Source: Pirellulales bacterium (GTDB lineage Bacteria; Planctomycetota; Planctomycetia; Pirellulales; PALSA-1355). Taken from it: a DNA stretch of 64,000 nucleotides. Each line of letters starts with the position of its first letter. Within the stretch, counting starts at the first letter, position 1. Both the position numbers and the translations under genes were made by a program. Location: the NCBI GenBank assembly GCA_963733035.1, contig CAVTBU010000006.1:320001-384000 (forward strand), read 5' to 3'. Under the pieces are notes generated by a model that saw only the letters and a list, made by a program, of their open reading frames with translations, was not told the origin of the DNA and ran no database searches. Positions 8,752-19,896 of the stretch are shown here, piece by piece.

Positions 8752-11700
8752 TTAGAAGCCAGGTGGCAGCGGTTCCCCGCGTTTCTTGACGGCGGCCCGC
8801 GTGGTAATGGAAATCGTTTCGAGCCCGGCGGCGTCCGGCTTGATTTGGTAGACCAGCTTGCCGTCTGGATTGGCTAGTTTGAGTATTCTACGCAAGACGT
8901 CACTGGCGGGCTGATCACGCTCGTTCACGTCATTGAGCGATTGATTCTTGGTGATGCCTTCAAGCTGCAAGTCCCCGCCTACAATCGTGATGGGCACCCC
9001 CAGCTCGCGCGACAGCACGTCGACCGCGCGGTCGAGCGACTCGCGAGGAAAGCTGAGCGAGATCTTCTTGGCGAGTGCTTCGGCGACCGTGATGGGCGTC
9101 GCGGGTTGCGATGTCGCCTGCACTGTGGTTTGCCGCACTCCGCTGCTTTCCAGCAGCGTCAATTCGGCGCCCATCAACAGGTTGTGAGCGGCCGTCGCAG
9201 GCAGGTAGGTCGCCAGCACGACCTGACCATCGTCCACTCCCGAGCGGGTGTAATCGCGGGCCAATTGCAACATTCGCGGAAAGCGATGAATGACGAGCCG
9301 ACCATGAGGTTGCGGAAGCAGTGCCGCCACATGACTCTCGATCCGATCGGGAATCTGCTCCCAACGAGATTTCAACAGATCCATCAGTGCGACTGGCTTG
9401 CGGTCGATCGGAGCCACGGCTCGTAACTCGATATACAGCTCGTCGCCCACGTGAGCACTCAAGAGCACTCCCTGGATGCTGTCGTCGAGGAATTCGCGCA
9501 GCGGACCATGTAATCGGTCGAGATGTCCGGTGAGTAGACTGCGGCCGTCGGTCAGCAGGTAGCTGGGAGTGAAGATCAAGTTGAATTGCCGCTGGTCGTC
9601 GGAGTGCCGTAGCAGGTCTTCGATGCCGCTCCGCAGAAGTGGCTGCCCGTCGAGCTCGAGCATTTGCTTCAGCATCACCACGGGTCCGATGACGATCACA
9701 CGCTGCGACTTCCCTTCCGGCAAGTAGTATCCGCGTCCGTCACGGTGGAAGAATTCCTTTTCAGCGTGCGAACCGACCGTGGGCTTGCCCCACGCATCGA
9801 GCAGCACGTCGCGCGGCACGGCTTCGCGTAGCCGTGCGACATAGTTGGCCTGCGGTCGCAAGCTATCATCGGGCACGAAGCCAATCATCAGTTGCTCGAC
9901 GTCTGCAAGGTTCACGCCGAGCGTTTGCTGGAGATGACTCCGGGCCCGACTTCCTGCCGGTCCCAACGACGCCAGGATCTTCGGACCTTCCGGCGAGTTG
10001 AGCAGGTCGGCTGGCCGAATCGCGAGGATCAACTGAGCACCGCTGGGTAGAAACGACATGTCCAGCGGCTTTCCCAGCGTGGGCGAGGCCCATAGGGTTT
10101 CGCCATCGTCCTCCACCAACGCGTCATCGTTTGCAATTTGCTTCGTTGGCGAATTCGAAGGTGCAACACGGTTGTCGAGCGCTGATGACAAGGGCGCCTC
10201 CCGTCGCGCTGTCGTTGGGTCGCCCGAGGGGCCTGCGGCGGTTGCCTTGGTTGTCGCGTTCGAGGCATCACCGCCGAGCAGCACCCAGGCGGTGACAAGC
10301 AATGCCAGCAGGACGACGATCGCGCCGCCAGTCAGAATATATTTCAATTGTCGCGAGTTCGGTTTTGGTGTCCCCGACCCATTGCCCGATGGCGTGTCCG
10401 TCACGACGAACGGCCGCGATGCATCGACAGCTTCCTCCCTGTTCGTTGAATGTTGGTCTGCGACCACGTCGACCACGATCGCCGGTGGCGATTGCGCGTC
10501 TGGTTCCGATTTGGTTTGCTGCTGAGGGGCGGCCGACCTCGGTTCGACCGGTTGGGACGGAATCGCCGCGGCGGTCGATTTCGCAGCCGCCTTTTCATCA
10601 GATCCTGCTGGCTTCGCTGCCGGCAAGGACGTCCTCGGTCGCGACGGCTGTCGGGGACGTGGCCCTTGCTGGGGCGGCGGCTGCCAATCGGGAGCCTTCC
10701 AGGCCCCATAGCCGGGAGTGAGGCCCTGAGGGTCGACTCTCGGGGGCGTTTTGCGTCCTCCGGGTCCCGCCGCGAAGCTTGCCAACAGGTGCGCCGCTTC
10801 GTTTGCCGTTTGGCAGCGCAGCAGGGGGTCTTTTGCCAACATCTTCGCGACCAAGTCGGCAAGTTCCTCCGGCACCTTGGAATTGAGTTGGTCGAGACGC
10901 TGGGGAAATTCAGAGCGATGCCGTGCGATCTTTTGCTTCTCGCTCCCACCCGGAAACGGCACCCGACCGGCGATCAGTTCATAAAGCACACAGCCCAGTC
11001 CATAAATGTCGACCAGTGGCGTTGGCTCGGCGTTGGGCTCCGTCCATTCTGGGGCCACGTAGTCGACAAGCGGTAACTCCAGACGTTTCAGGCGGCGGGC
11101 CGGCTGCACCAAAGGGAATTGCATCAACTTGGCTGCGCCGTGGCGATCCACCCAAATGTTTCTGGGACAAATTCCGCCATGGGTCAGGTTCTGGGCGTGC
11201 AACGCCACCAGTCCCAACGCGATTTGAAATGTTATCTGGCAGGCCGTTTGCACGCTGAGCTGCTCGCGATGGACCAGTTCCGCGAGGGTTTGTCCGTCGA
11301 GTGATTCAGCCACAATAAACGACTGACCGGCTTGTCGCGTGGCTCGATAGGTGCGGCTGACATGGGGATTCTTGACGGCCGCTGCGACTTCGGCGAGTTC
11401 GGTCAGCTGCCGAAAATCGCGTGAGTCGTTGGTCAGTTGTTGGAGGAACACCAACAGCACCGGCTGGCTGCCTTCGTAGGTCGCCCGCAGGATCCTCGCC
11501 AGGCGTCCCCTTTCGATCCGCTCGACCACGACGAACGGGCCGAATACGAACGGTCCCGGGCGTCCAGCCGCGAGAACGGCGGCCTGATACTTCGTGAGCG
11601 TGCCTCGAGACACGAGCCATTGCGCCAGGCTGGGGACGTTTGCCTGCCCAGCGGACCCCTTCATGGCGGCGAACTCCGCTGCCAGCGCGCCGCACTCGTC

Positions 11701-11760
11701 ATCCGAGAGCAACTGACTGGTGCTTGCCAGCCTCCAGAAATCGTCGAGCGAGAATTGCAT
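8752..11760 (-). CDS. Hanks-type Ser/Thr kinase-fold membrane protein, catalytically degenerate, with large extracytoplasmic region
   Basis: Retains DYVAPE, DIYGLGCVLYELIAGRVPF and MLAKDPLLR. HRD is replaced by HGG and DFG by QFP. One TM segment and a C-terminal STN-like domain. Confidence 0.8.
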   Translation of the reverse strand: MQFSLDDFWRLASTSQLLSDDECGALAAEFAAMKGSAGQANVPSLAQWLVSRGTLTKYQAAVLAAGRPGPFVFGPFVVVERIERGRLARILRATYEGSQPVLLVFLQQLTNDSRDFRQLTELAEVAAAVKNPHVSRTYRATRQAGQSFIVAESLDGQTLAELVHREQLSVQTACQITFQIALGLVALHAQNLTHGGICPRNIWVDRHGAAKLMQFPLVQPARRLKRLELPLVDYVAPEWTEPNAEPTPLVDIYGLGCVLYELIAGRVPFPGGSEKQKIARHRSEFPQRLDQLNSKVPEELADLVAKMLAKDPLLRCQTANEAAHLLASFAAGPGGRKTPPRVDPQGLTPGYGAWKAPDWQPPPQQGPRPRQPSRPRTSLPAAKPAGSDEKAAAKSTAAAIPSQPVEPRSAAPQQQTKSEPDAQSPPAIVVDVVADQHSTNREEAVDASRPFVVTDTPSGNGSGTPKPNSRQLKYILTGGAIVVLLALLVTAWVLLGGDASNATTKATAAGPSGDPTTARREAPLSSALDNRVAPSNSPTKQIANDDALVEDDGETLWASPTLGKPLDMSFLPSGAQLILAIRPADLLNSPEGPKILASLGPAGSRARSHLQQTLGVNLADVEQLMIGFVPDDSLRPQANYVARLREAVPRDVLLDAWGKPTVGSHAEKEFFHRDGRGYYLPEGKSQRVIVIGPVVMLKQMLELDGQPLLRSGIEDLLRHSDDQRQFNLIFTPSYLLTDGRSLLTGHLDRLHGPLREFLDDSIQGVLLSAHVGDELYIELRAVAPIDRKPVALMDLLKSRWEQIPDRIESHVAALLPQPHGRLVIHRFPRMLQLARDYTRSGVDDGQVVLATYLPATAAHNLLMGAELTLLESSGVRQTTVQATSQPATPITVAEALAKKISLSFPRESLDRAVDVLSRELGVPITIVGGDLQLEGITKNQSLNDVNERDQPASDVLRRILKLANPDGKLVYQIKPDAAGLETISITTRAAVKKRGEPLPPGF

Positions 11761-12011
11761 GCAATGAGCGCTGCCGGGCGAGCCGGGGCATCGAACGGTA
11801 AGAGTTAGGTTCCGTTGGAAGACGCCCGCGGGACGTTTTCCCTGTTCCTACATACAAATGTACCACGATCGTCTGCAATGAGGCAAAAGCAGGCGACTTG
11901 GGTCCGCCAGGGTAAGAACGCGAAGGCGAGAACCGTGAATTCTTGCATCATTTGGCATATGCTAAAGAGGGAGCATAAGGGCTCCGATCATCCTTTCTTT
12001 CTGGCAGTTGC

Positions 12012-14605
12012 ATGGCGACAGTGCAAGAAGCCTTTCAAGTGGCATTTGCTCAACATCAGGCGGGGAAACTGCGCGAAGCCGAGGCCCTGTATCGGCAGGT
12101 CTTGGCAGCCGATCCGAATCATGCCGACGCATGGCATTTGCTGGGCCTTGTCGCGCACCAGGCTGGCCGTCCAGATTTAGCGGAACAGTGGCTTGGCCGA
12201 GCGATTGCCCTGACCGGCGATCGGGCCCTGTTTCATTCGAATTTGGGCAACATCCTGCGTATCCGTGGAAATCTTGAGCGGGCCCGGCAGTCGCTCGAGC
12301 GGGCGATTGCACTCGATCCCCAACTGGCCGACGCACACAATAATTTGGGGATCGTGCTGGTCGAACTGGGAGAAGTTTCGGCGGCGGAGGCGGCCTACCG
12401 GCAGGCCCTTTGCTTGCGGCCAGGATTTGCCGAAGCGCACAACAATCTGGGGGCCTTGCTGCACTCCCAAGACCAATTTGACGCTGCCATTGCGGAATAT
12501 CGTTTGGCGCTGGCATCTAGTCCAGGCTATTTCGATGCCCTCAACAATCTGGGCACCGCCCTCAAGGCACAGCAGCGGTTGGACGAGGCGGCCGACACCT
12601 ACTGCCAGGCGCTTGAATTGCGCCCCGGGCCGGCGAGGTGCACTTGAACTTGGGGACGGTCTACCAGGCACAGGGCCGGTTCGATGAGGCCGCCACTTGC
12701 TACCGCGAGGCGCTGCGGATCAACCCGAATTTCCCGCTCGCGTTCAATAACCTGGGCGTGGTCTTGGACGAGCAGGGGCACCACGACGAAGCCGCGGCTG
12801 CCCTGCGCCGGGCCGTCGAGCTCAAACCAGATCTAGCCGACGCGCATTTCAACCTGGGGGCCAACCGGCAGCTCAAAGGAGATATTGCCGCCGCCGCGGA
12901 GAATTATCGAAAAGCGATCGAGTGCGATTCTGGGTTTACCAAAGCGCTTGTAAGCCTGGGCCGACTCGCCGAGCGAGAAGGAGATTATCGCGAGGCCCTT
13001 CAGCTATTCGAACGAGCGCTGGCCGTCGATGCGACGTCCGTCGCGGCTCATTTGGGCCGAGCCCGCGCATGTGAAGCGCTCGGCCAGTCGGCAGAGGCGC
13101 GTCGCGGCTACGAAACGGTCCTCGAGTTGCGGCCGGATGTCACCGAGGCCTATAACAATCTGGCAATGCTACATTCGGGGCGGGGATTCCCCGATTTGGC
13201 GGAGGAATATTGCCGCCGAGGCCTCGAACGCGACCCAAAGTCACCCGCGCTGCATGCCAACCTGGCAACCACCTTGAGTCATCAGGGGCGGCAAGTGGAG
13301 GCGGTTGCCACAGCCCGCGCGGCGGTTGATCTGCACCCGGACGGCTATGTGGAATTCAGCAACTTGTTGTACGCGCTGAATTTCTTACCCGACTACGATC
13401 CGGCACAATTGTTCGAAGAGCATCTCGAGTGGGCGCGGCGGCATGCCGAGCCGCTCTCTGCCGCCGCGCTGCCGCACAATAATGAGCCGTCGCCCGACCG
13501 CCGGTTGCGGGTCGGCTATGTATCACCCTATTTTCGCGAGCACGCGGTGAATTTCTTCACCGAGCCGCTGATCACGGCGCACGATCATCGCAACTTCGAA
13601 ATCTTCCTTTATAGTGACAACCGCCACAAGGACGCCGCGACGGATCGGTTAAAGGCCGCCGCCGATGTTTGGCGGCAAACACGCTTCAGGACCGACGCGC
13701 AATTGGCGGAACTGGTGCGACAGGATCGAATTGATATTCTGGTCGACCTGACCGGACACTTGGCGGCGCATCGGTTGTTGGCCTTCGCCCGTCGCCCGGC
13801 CCCCGTGCAGGTCACTTACATCGGCTACCAGAACACCACGGGTATGTCCGCAATGGACTACCGGTTGACAGACCGGCGGGTTGATCCACCGGGACAGACC
13901 GAACGCTATCACACCGAAAAACTGGTTCACTTGCCGCGATCGTACTTCTGCTACCGCCCGGCGGACGACGTTCCGCCGGTCACTCCGCTTCCGGCGCGAT
14001 CCGCCGGCCACATCACGTTCGGCTCATTCAACAATTTCACGAAGGTAACTCCGCAGGCAATCGAGACCTGGATGCGAATCCTCGACCGCTTGCCGAAGTC
14101 CCGCTTGTTGGTGCTTGCCAATCGGGAGGGGTTCGTCGAGCGGTATTTCGAAGAGCGCGCCCTCGCGCATGGCATTGATCCGGGGCGCATCGAGGTGGCG
14201 AACAGGATGCCGCGTGCGGAATACTATCGCTTTATGCAACGGGCCGACGTGGCGCTGGATCCGTTTCCGTTCAACGGTCATACCACAACCTGCGACGCCG
14301 TTTGGCTGGGTCTGCCGTCGATTATGCTGCAGGGCGACACGTACGCCTCGAGGTATGGTTCTGGAGTGCTTGCCCCCGTGGGACTCGACCGGCAGATTAC
14401 CCGATCGGCTGACGAGTATGTCGAGCGGGCCGTGGAACTGGCCGGCGACGTCGACCAGCTTGTCGAACTACGAGCCACGCTTCGCGAGCGGATGGCGGCG
14501 TCGGTGCTGTTGGATTTTGCCGGCTTCGCCCGCGACGTCGAAGCGGCCTATCGACAGATGTGGGTGGATTACTGCGCGGGCGTGCGGGGAGGGCCACCGA
14601 CGTGA
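12012..14605 (+). CDS. TPR-repeat GT41 (SPINDLY/OGT-like) protein O-glycosyltransferase; 1-nt frameshift near 12627-12629
   Basis: Tandem TPRs, then LRVGYVSP..H, IDILVDLTGH, PAPVQVTYIGY, FGSFNNFTK and LDPFPFNGHTTTCDA. One added base joins the two ORFs (RPGAGEVHLNLG). Confidence 0.9.
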
Positions 14606-16875
14606 ACCGGGAGTCGATTCAGGCGACGCTTGATGCCGCCATCCGGTGTCACGATGCGGGCGACCTGCAGCAGGCCGAGCAGCTTTACCGCCGCGTGCTC
14701 ACTGCCGATCCGCGGCACGCGAAAGCCACCTATTTGATGGGGCTGTTAGCACATCAACTCGGCAAGCACGATCAGGCGGAGCGCGCGATCAGCAGTGCAA
14801 TTCGGCTCGACGGTGGTCAACCAACGTTCCACACGACCCTCGGTGAAGTTTATCGCAGCCTCGGTCGGCTATCCGACGCGGTCGTGTGTTATCGGCACGC
14901 GCTGCGCATGAACGGCAACAATCCCGCGGCCTATAACAATTTGGGTTCGCTGCTCCAGGCTCAGGGGGACCTGCCGGCCGCAATGGACTGCTACCGCAGT
15001 GCGATTCAACTCCAGGCGGAATATGCCGACGCCCACCACAACCTTGCGATCGCCTGGCAACAACAGGGAGACTTTGTCCAAGCGGCAGCCTCGTTTGCCG
15101 AAGCCGCGCGCATTCGACCCGATTTTCTGGCCGCGCAACTCGGACAGGCCAGCATGCTGTACGCTCAAGGTAAGAACGATGAAGCGGCGGCTCGATTCAA
15201 ACAACTCGTAGAGCAGTATCCCAACAACGCGCAATTGCATTGTGCGCAAGGGGCCGGCCTGCAGTGGGTTGGCGATCTCGAGGCGGCAGTCACGCACTAT
15301 CGACGCGCGATGGAGCTGGCACCGCACCACGCGGAAGTGCACTACAACCTGGCCGCGGCCCTGCGCGAATTCGGGCGCGATTTGGACGCCATTGCGGAAT
15401 ACGAAGCGGCGGTGAAGATCAACCCGCGCATGGCAGTCGCTTGGGCGAACCTGTCGAATACGCTACTAGGTATCGTTCGCCCCGATGAAGCGGCCGCGGC
15501 CGCCCGCAACGCGGTCGCACTGCAACCTCGATCCAGCAAGGCCGCGGGCAGCCTGGCGTCGGCGCTACAATTGCAGGGCGACATGGACGGGGCGATCGAC
15601 GCGTTCCGCCAGGCGGTCGCGATCGATCCCCACGATTCGGGTAATCACAGCAATCTGCTTTACACGCTGAATTTTCATCCGGGCTACGACGATGCGACGC
15701 TGTTTGCCGAGCACCGAAACTGGGCTGTTCAACATGCCGAACCGCTGACGGCCATGGCGGCCCCGCATGGCAACGACCGGCAACCCGAACGTCGCCTGCG
15801 AGTCGGCTACGTCTCGGCCCACTTCCGCAATCACGCGGTTGCCTATTTCAGCGAACCGTTGCTGGCGGCGCACGACAAAGCGCAAACGGAGGTTTTCTGC
15901 TACGCCGATCTCCGCCAGTCTGATGACACGACCGCTCGGTTTCGCTCGTATGCGACTGCTTGGCGCGATACCAGCCGGCTCGCGCACGATCAAATGGCCG
16001 AATTGATTCGCGAAGACGGCGTCGACATTCTGGTGGACCTGGCCGGACATATCGGGGGAAATCGGCTGCCGGTGTTTGCACGCAAGCCAGCCCCCGTCCA
16101 GGTAACTTACCTGGGTTACCAAAATACGACCGGCATGTCTGCGATGGATTACCGGCTCACCGACGCGCATGCCGATCCACCCGGCACCACCGATCCGTGG
16201 TACACCGAGCGCTTGGCGCGGCTGCCAGGAGCTTTTTTTTGCTTCCGCCCGCCGGAACCCTCTCCCCCAGTGGGGCCCCTTCCAGCTGAGCGTCGCGGGC
16301 AGATTACCTTTGCCTCGTTGAACCACGTGTTGAAATTGCGGCCCGAGAATTTTCGGGTTTGGAGCCGAATTCTGGCTCGCGTGACCAATTCTCGGCTGCT
16401 GCTGCTGGCTTATTCGCCGGGCGTGTTGGAGCGAAGTGTGCGAGATTTGTTAGCGGCCGAGGGGATCGATCCGTCGAGAATCGACGTGGTGAACAAACGG
16501 CCGCGCCAAGAATATTTGCAAATGCACAACGAAGTCGACGTGGCGCTGGACACATTTCCGTTTAATGGGCACACAACCGTCTGCGATGCGCTATGGATGG
16601 GCGTACCATCGATTATGCTAGAGGGAGGTCGCTACGCCTCGCGATTCGGTGGCAGCACGCTCTTGGGCGTGGGGCTGGGCGAATTAATTGCTCACGATCC
16701 TGACGAGTACGTCGAACTGGCCGTGGCGCTGGCAAGTGATCAGCGGCGATTGGCCGAGTTGCGGCGCGGCTTGCGGGAGCGGTTGCTCGCGTCGCCATTG
16801 GTCGATGCCCCGCAATTTGCCCGTGGCGTCGAAGCGGCCTATCGCCAAATGTGGCGAAGCTGGTGCGCATCTTGA
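14602..16875 (+). CDS. TPR-repeat GT41 (SPINDLY/OGT-like) protein O-glycosyltransferase
   Basis: TPRs plus LRVGYVSAHFRNH, VDILVDLAGH, PAPVQVTYLGY and LDTFPFNGHTT. GTG start overlaps the previous TGA. Confidence 0.9.
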   Translation: MNRESIQATLDAAIRCHDAGDLQQAEQLYRRVLTADPRHAKATYLMGLLAHQLGKHDQAERAISSAIRLDGGQPTFHTTLGEVYRSLGRLSDAVVCYRHALRMNGNNPAAYNNLGSLLQAQGDLPAAMDCYRSAIQLQAEYADAHHNLAIAWQQQGDFVQAAASFAEAARIRPDFLAAQLGQASMLYAQGKNDEAAARFKQLVEQYPNNAQLHCAQGAGLQWVGDLEAAVTHYRRAMELAPHHAEVHYNLAAALREFGRDLDAIAEYEAAVKINPRMAVAWANLSNTLLGIVRPDEAAAAARNAVALQPRSSKAAGSLASALQLQGDMDGAIDAFRQAVAIDPHDSGNHSNLLYTLNFHPGYDDATLFAEHRNWAVQHAEPLTAMAAPHGNDRQPERRLRVGYVSAHFRNHAVAYFSEPLLAAHDKAQTEVFCYADLRQSDDTTARFRSYATAWRDTSRLAHDQMAELIREDGVDILVDLAGHIGGNRLPVFARKPAPVQVTYLGYQNTTGMSAMDYRLTDAHADPPGTTDPWYTERLARLPGAFFCFRPPEPSPPVGPLPAERRGQITFASLNHVLKLRPENFRVWSRILARVTNSRLLLLAYSPGVLERSVRDLLAAEGIDPSRIDVVNKRPRQEYLQMHNEVDVALDTFPFNGHTTVCDALWMGVPSIMLEGGRYASRFGGSTLLGVGLGELIAHDPDEYVELAVALASDQRRLAELRRGLRERLLASPLVDAPQFARGVEAAYRQMWRSWCAS

Positions 16876-16896
16876 GGACTGCAACAAGAGGCAGCG

Positions 16897-17574
16897 ATGG
16901 CTGACATTGTCGAAACCCTGCAGGCCGGTTTGCAACATCACCGGGCTGGACGTTTGCCGGAGGCCGAACTGGCCTACCGTCGCGTTTTGGAAATGCATCC
17001 CCGCAACGCGCAGGCCATGCATTTGCTCGGGCTGGTCGCATTTCAGGCTGGGAAATCGGAACTGGCCCTGGAATACGTGGAGAGCGCAATCAAGTTTGAC
17101 GCTTTTCACGCGCCGTTCTGGGCAGACCTCGCGGAAATCTATGCCGCGTTGGGGCGAACCGACGATGCGGTGGCCGCCTACCGCAAGGCGCTGAACATGA
17201 ATCCCAGGATGGCAGATGCCTGGACGCACTTCGGCACGTTGCTCGAAGCGGTTGGCGAGCGCGAAGAGGGACTTGCCTGTTATCGTCGCGCGCTGGAGAT
17301 CGATCCAAAGTATGCCGGTGCCCATGCCTTCTTGGGAGTGGCCATGCAAGAAAGCGGGCAGCTTGACGAGGCCCAACAGTTGCTGGAAAGGGCCGTGCAG
17401 TTGGCGCCCGAGAATCCAGAAATCTATCTGCAGCTGGGCCGCTGTTTGCAGGCGCAGCAAAAGTGGGTGGACGCGATCGCCTGTTATCAAATGGTGCGGC
17501 GGATCGAGCCAGAACACGAAGCGGCCACGGAGCTGTATGAGCAGGCCCGGGCGGCGATTGCCACGAAGTCCTAG
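16897..17574 (+). CDS. TPR-only protein
   Basis: About six TPR repeats, same N-terminal motif as its neighbours, no catalytic domain. Confidence 0.85.
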   Translation: MADIVETLQAGLQHHRAGRLPEAELAYRRVLEMHPRNAQAMHLLGLVAFQAGKSELALEYVESAIKFDAFHAPFWADLAEIYAALGRTDDAVAAYRKALNMNPRMADAWTHFGTLLEAVGEREEGLACYRRALEIDPKYAGAHAFLGVAMQESGQLDEAQQLLERAVQLAPENPEIYLQLGRCLQAQQKWVDAIACYQMVRRIEPEHEAATELYEQARAAIATKS

Positions 17575-17625
17575 CGACATGCTCGAATTGGGCAGCTATT
17601 CGAAGCGGCCACGACGAATTCTTAC

Positions 17626-19896
17626 ATGAGCTCGATCGCCCAAATCATGCAAACGGCGCTGGCCCACCACCAGGCCGGGCGGCTGACACAGGCGGAGCAA
17701 CTCTATCGTCAGGTGCTGGCCGCCGATCCACGGCATGCCGGCGCCTTGCATCTTCTCGGGTTGACCGCCTTGCAGTCCGGCCGGCCTGGACTCGCCGTGC
17801 AAACCATCTCCGCCGCGATTCGTTTGAACGGAAACCAGGCGACCTTTCATGCCAACCTGGGTGAGGCTTATCGCGGCCTCGGCCAATTGGACGACGCCCG
17901 CCGCTCGTACCAGAAAGCGCTCAGCATCCAGCCGAATTTGGCTGCGGCCCACAATAACCTGGGCACGATCCTTCAATCGCAGGGCAACTTGTCGGCGGCG
18001 ATCGAGCACTATCGGCAGGCCATCGCGCAGCAACCCAATTACCACGACGCGTATAACAACCTGGGGACCGCTTATCAACAACAAGGCGACTGGAAGTCGG
18101 CCACCGAGTGCTTTGGGCGTGCCGTTGCAATCCAGCCGACATACGCCCGCGGACACTACAACCGGGGCGTGGCCTTGGCGACACAACAGCGGTTGGCCGA
18201 GGCCGTCGCCGCCTTCGAGCAAGCCGTTACCGCCGCCCCCGACTATGCCGAGGCCCACTACGGCCTGGCAATGTCTTTGCAGCAGCAGGGGGAAATCGAA
18301 CGGGCCGAGGCTGCCTACCGGCAAGCTTTGCTGCTGCGTCCCGCCTGGGCGGAAGTGGCAAGCAGCCTCGGTTCGCTTTATCAGATGCAAGGCGACCTCG
18401 AGCGTGCCGCGCAAATGTACGAGCAGGCCTTGGCGGCAGATCCCAACTATGGCGAGGCCCACTACAACCAGGGCACGCTTCTGAATCGGCAGGGTCAGCC
18501 GTCCAGGGCAATCGAAAAATATCGCCGGGCAATCGCCTGCAAGCCGGAATTTCCGGAAGCCCACTACAATCTGGGCACGCTGCTGCAACAGTTTGGAAGT
18601 CTCGACGAGGCCGCCGCCGCCTATCGCGAAGCAATCCGGTTGCGGCCCAACTACACCCTGGCCCACAACAATCTTGGCAACGTTTGCCGCGACCTGGGAC
18701 AAACCGATGAGGCGATCGCCTGTTACGAGCGAGCCTTGCAGTTTGAGCCGAACAGTAGCCAGACGCGGTTGAATCTTGGCTCGGCGTGGCAGGAGAAGGG
18801 GCAACTCGAACGAACCCTCGCCTGTTACGAGCAGGCCATGCAGGCAAACCCCGAAAGCGCCGAGGTGTTTAACAACCTGGGGACCGTGCTCGAGGGATTG
18901 GGGCGCGACGACGAGGCACTCGACTGTTTTGATCGTTGCGTGCAGTTGGCACCAGCGTTCGCCGAACCCCGCTACAACCGCGCACTGGTTCATCTGCGAC
19001 GGCGACAATTCTCTGAGGGCTGGGCGGAATACGGCTGGTGGCTGAAGTGTAAAGAGTATCCCAAGCGACCCTTCCACGGTCCGCTGTGGGATGGCAACAC
19101 ATTGGCCGGAGGGACTCTGTTGGTTTATGCCGAACAGGGATTTGGCGATACGATTCAGTTCGTTCGCTATCTGCCGATGGTCCGCCGTTTGGTCAAGGCC
19201 GTCGTCCTGGAGGTGCAGCCGCAACTTGTGCCGTTGTTGAAGAAGTCGGGTTTGGACGAAGTCATCGCCGCGGGCTCGCCGCTACCCGCCTACGACGCGC
19301 ACATTCCACTCATGCAGTTGCCTGCCGTGTTCGGCTCGACGGAGGAGAACCTGCCGGCCGACGTTCCCTATCTGAAGTGCGATTCGGTGCTCGCCGAAAA
19401 ATGGCAGACTCATTTGGCCGAGGTCCAAGGGTTCAAAGTCGGCGTTGCCTGGCAAGGAAATCCCAAGTACATGGCCGATTCACGGCGCTCGATTCGACTC
19501 GCGGTGTTTGCGCCTTTGGCCTCTCTGCCGGGAATTCAGCTTATTAGTCTGCAGAAGGGGCACGGCGCCGAGCAAGTGGCTGAAGTCTCAAAAGAAATGA
19601 AAATCCTGGATTTGGGGCCGCAGCTCGATGTCGATGCCGGCGCCTTCATGGATACCGCGGCGGTGATGCAGTCCCTTGATTTGGTGATCAGTTCCGATAC
19701 TTCAATCGCTCATCTGGCCGGAGCGCTCGGAATACCGACGTGGCTGGCAGTGTCGACAAATCCCGACTGGCGTTGGTTTCGCGACGGCGACCGCTCGCCC
19801 TGGTACCCTAGCTTTCGGCTGTTTCGCCAGCAAAGTGCCGGTGATTGGGGGGAGTTGTTTGCCAGGATGAAAGACGAGTTGGCGCGATTGATCTAG
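17626..19896 (+). CDS. TPR-repeat protein with C-terminal GT-B (GT9-like) glycosyltransferase domain
   Basis: TPRs plus AEQGFGDTIQFVRY, KVGVAWQGNP, LDLVISSDTSIAHLAGALG, DWRW and SPWYPS. Confidence 0.88.
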   Translation: MSSIAQIMQTALAHHQAGRLTQAEQLYRQVLAADPRHAGALHLLGLTALQSGRPGLAVQTISAAIRLNGNQATFHANLGEAYRGLGQLDDARRSYQKALSIQPNLAAAHNNLGTILQSQGNLSAAIEHYRQAIAQQPNYHDAYNNLGTAYQQQGDWKSATECFGRAVAIQPTYARGHYNRGVALATQQRLAEAVAAFEQAVTAAPDYAEAHYGLAMSLQQQGEIERAEAAYRQALLLRPAWAEVASSLGSLYQMQGDLERAAQMYEQALAADPNYGEAHYNQGTLLNRQGQPSRAIEKYRRAIACKPEFPEAHYNLGTLLQQFGSLDEAAAAYREAIRLRPNYTLAHNNLGNVCRDLGQTDEAIACYERALQFEPNSSQTRLNLGSAWQEKGQLERTLACYEQAMQANPESAEVFNNLGTVLEGLGRDDEALDCFDRCVQLAPAFAEPRYNRALVHLRRRQFSEGWAEYGWWLKCKEYPKRPFHGPLWDGNTLAGGTLLVYAEQGFGDTIQFVRYLPMVRRLVKAVVLEVQPQLVPLLKKSGLDEVIAAGSPLPAYDAHIPLMQLPAVFGSTEENLPADVPYLKCDSVLAEKWQTHLAEVQGFKVGVAWQGNPKYMADSRRSIRLAVFAPLASLPGIQLISLQKGHGAEQVAEVSKEMKILDLGPQLDVDAGAFMDTAAVMQSLDLVISSDTSIAHLAGALGIPTWLAVSTNPDWRWFRDGDRSPWYPSFRLFRQQSAGDWGELFARMKDELARLI

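Noticed and set aside
17596..19224. Long antisense ORFs (also 43851-45455, 30768-32126, 7694-8755)
   Set aside because: Shadows of high-GC sense genes, with no motifs of their own.
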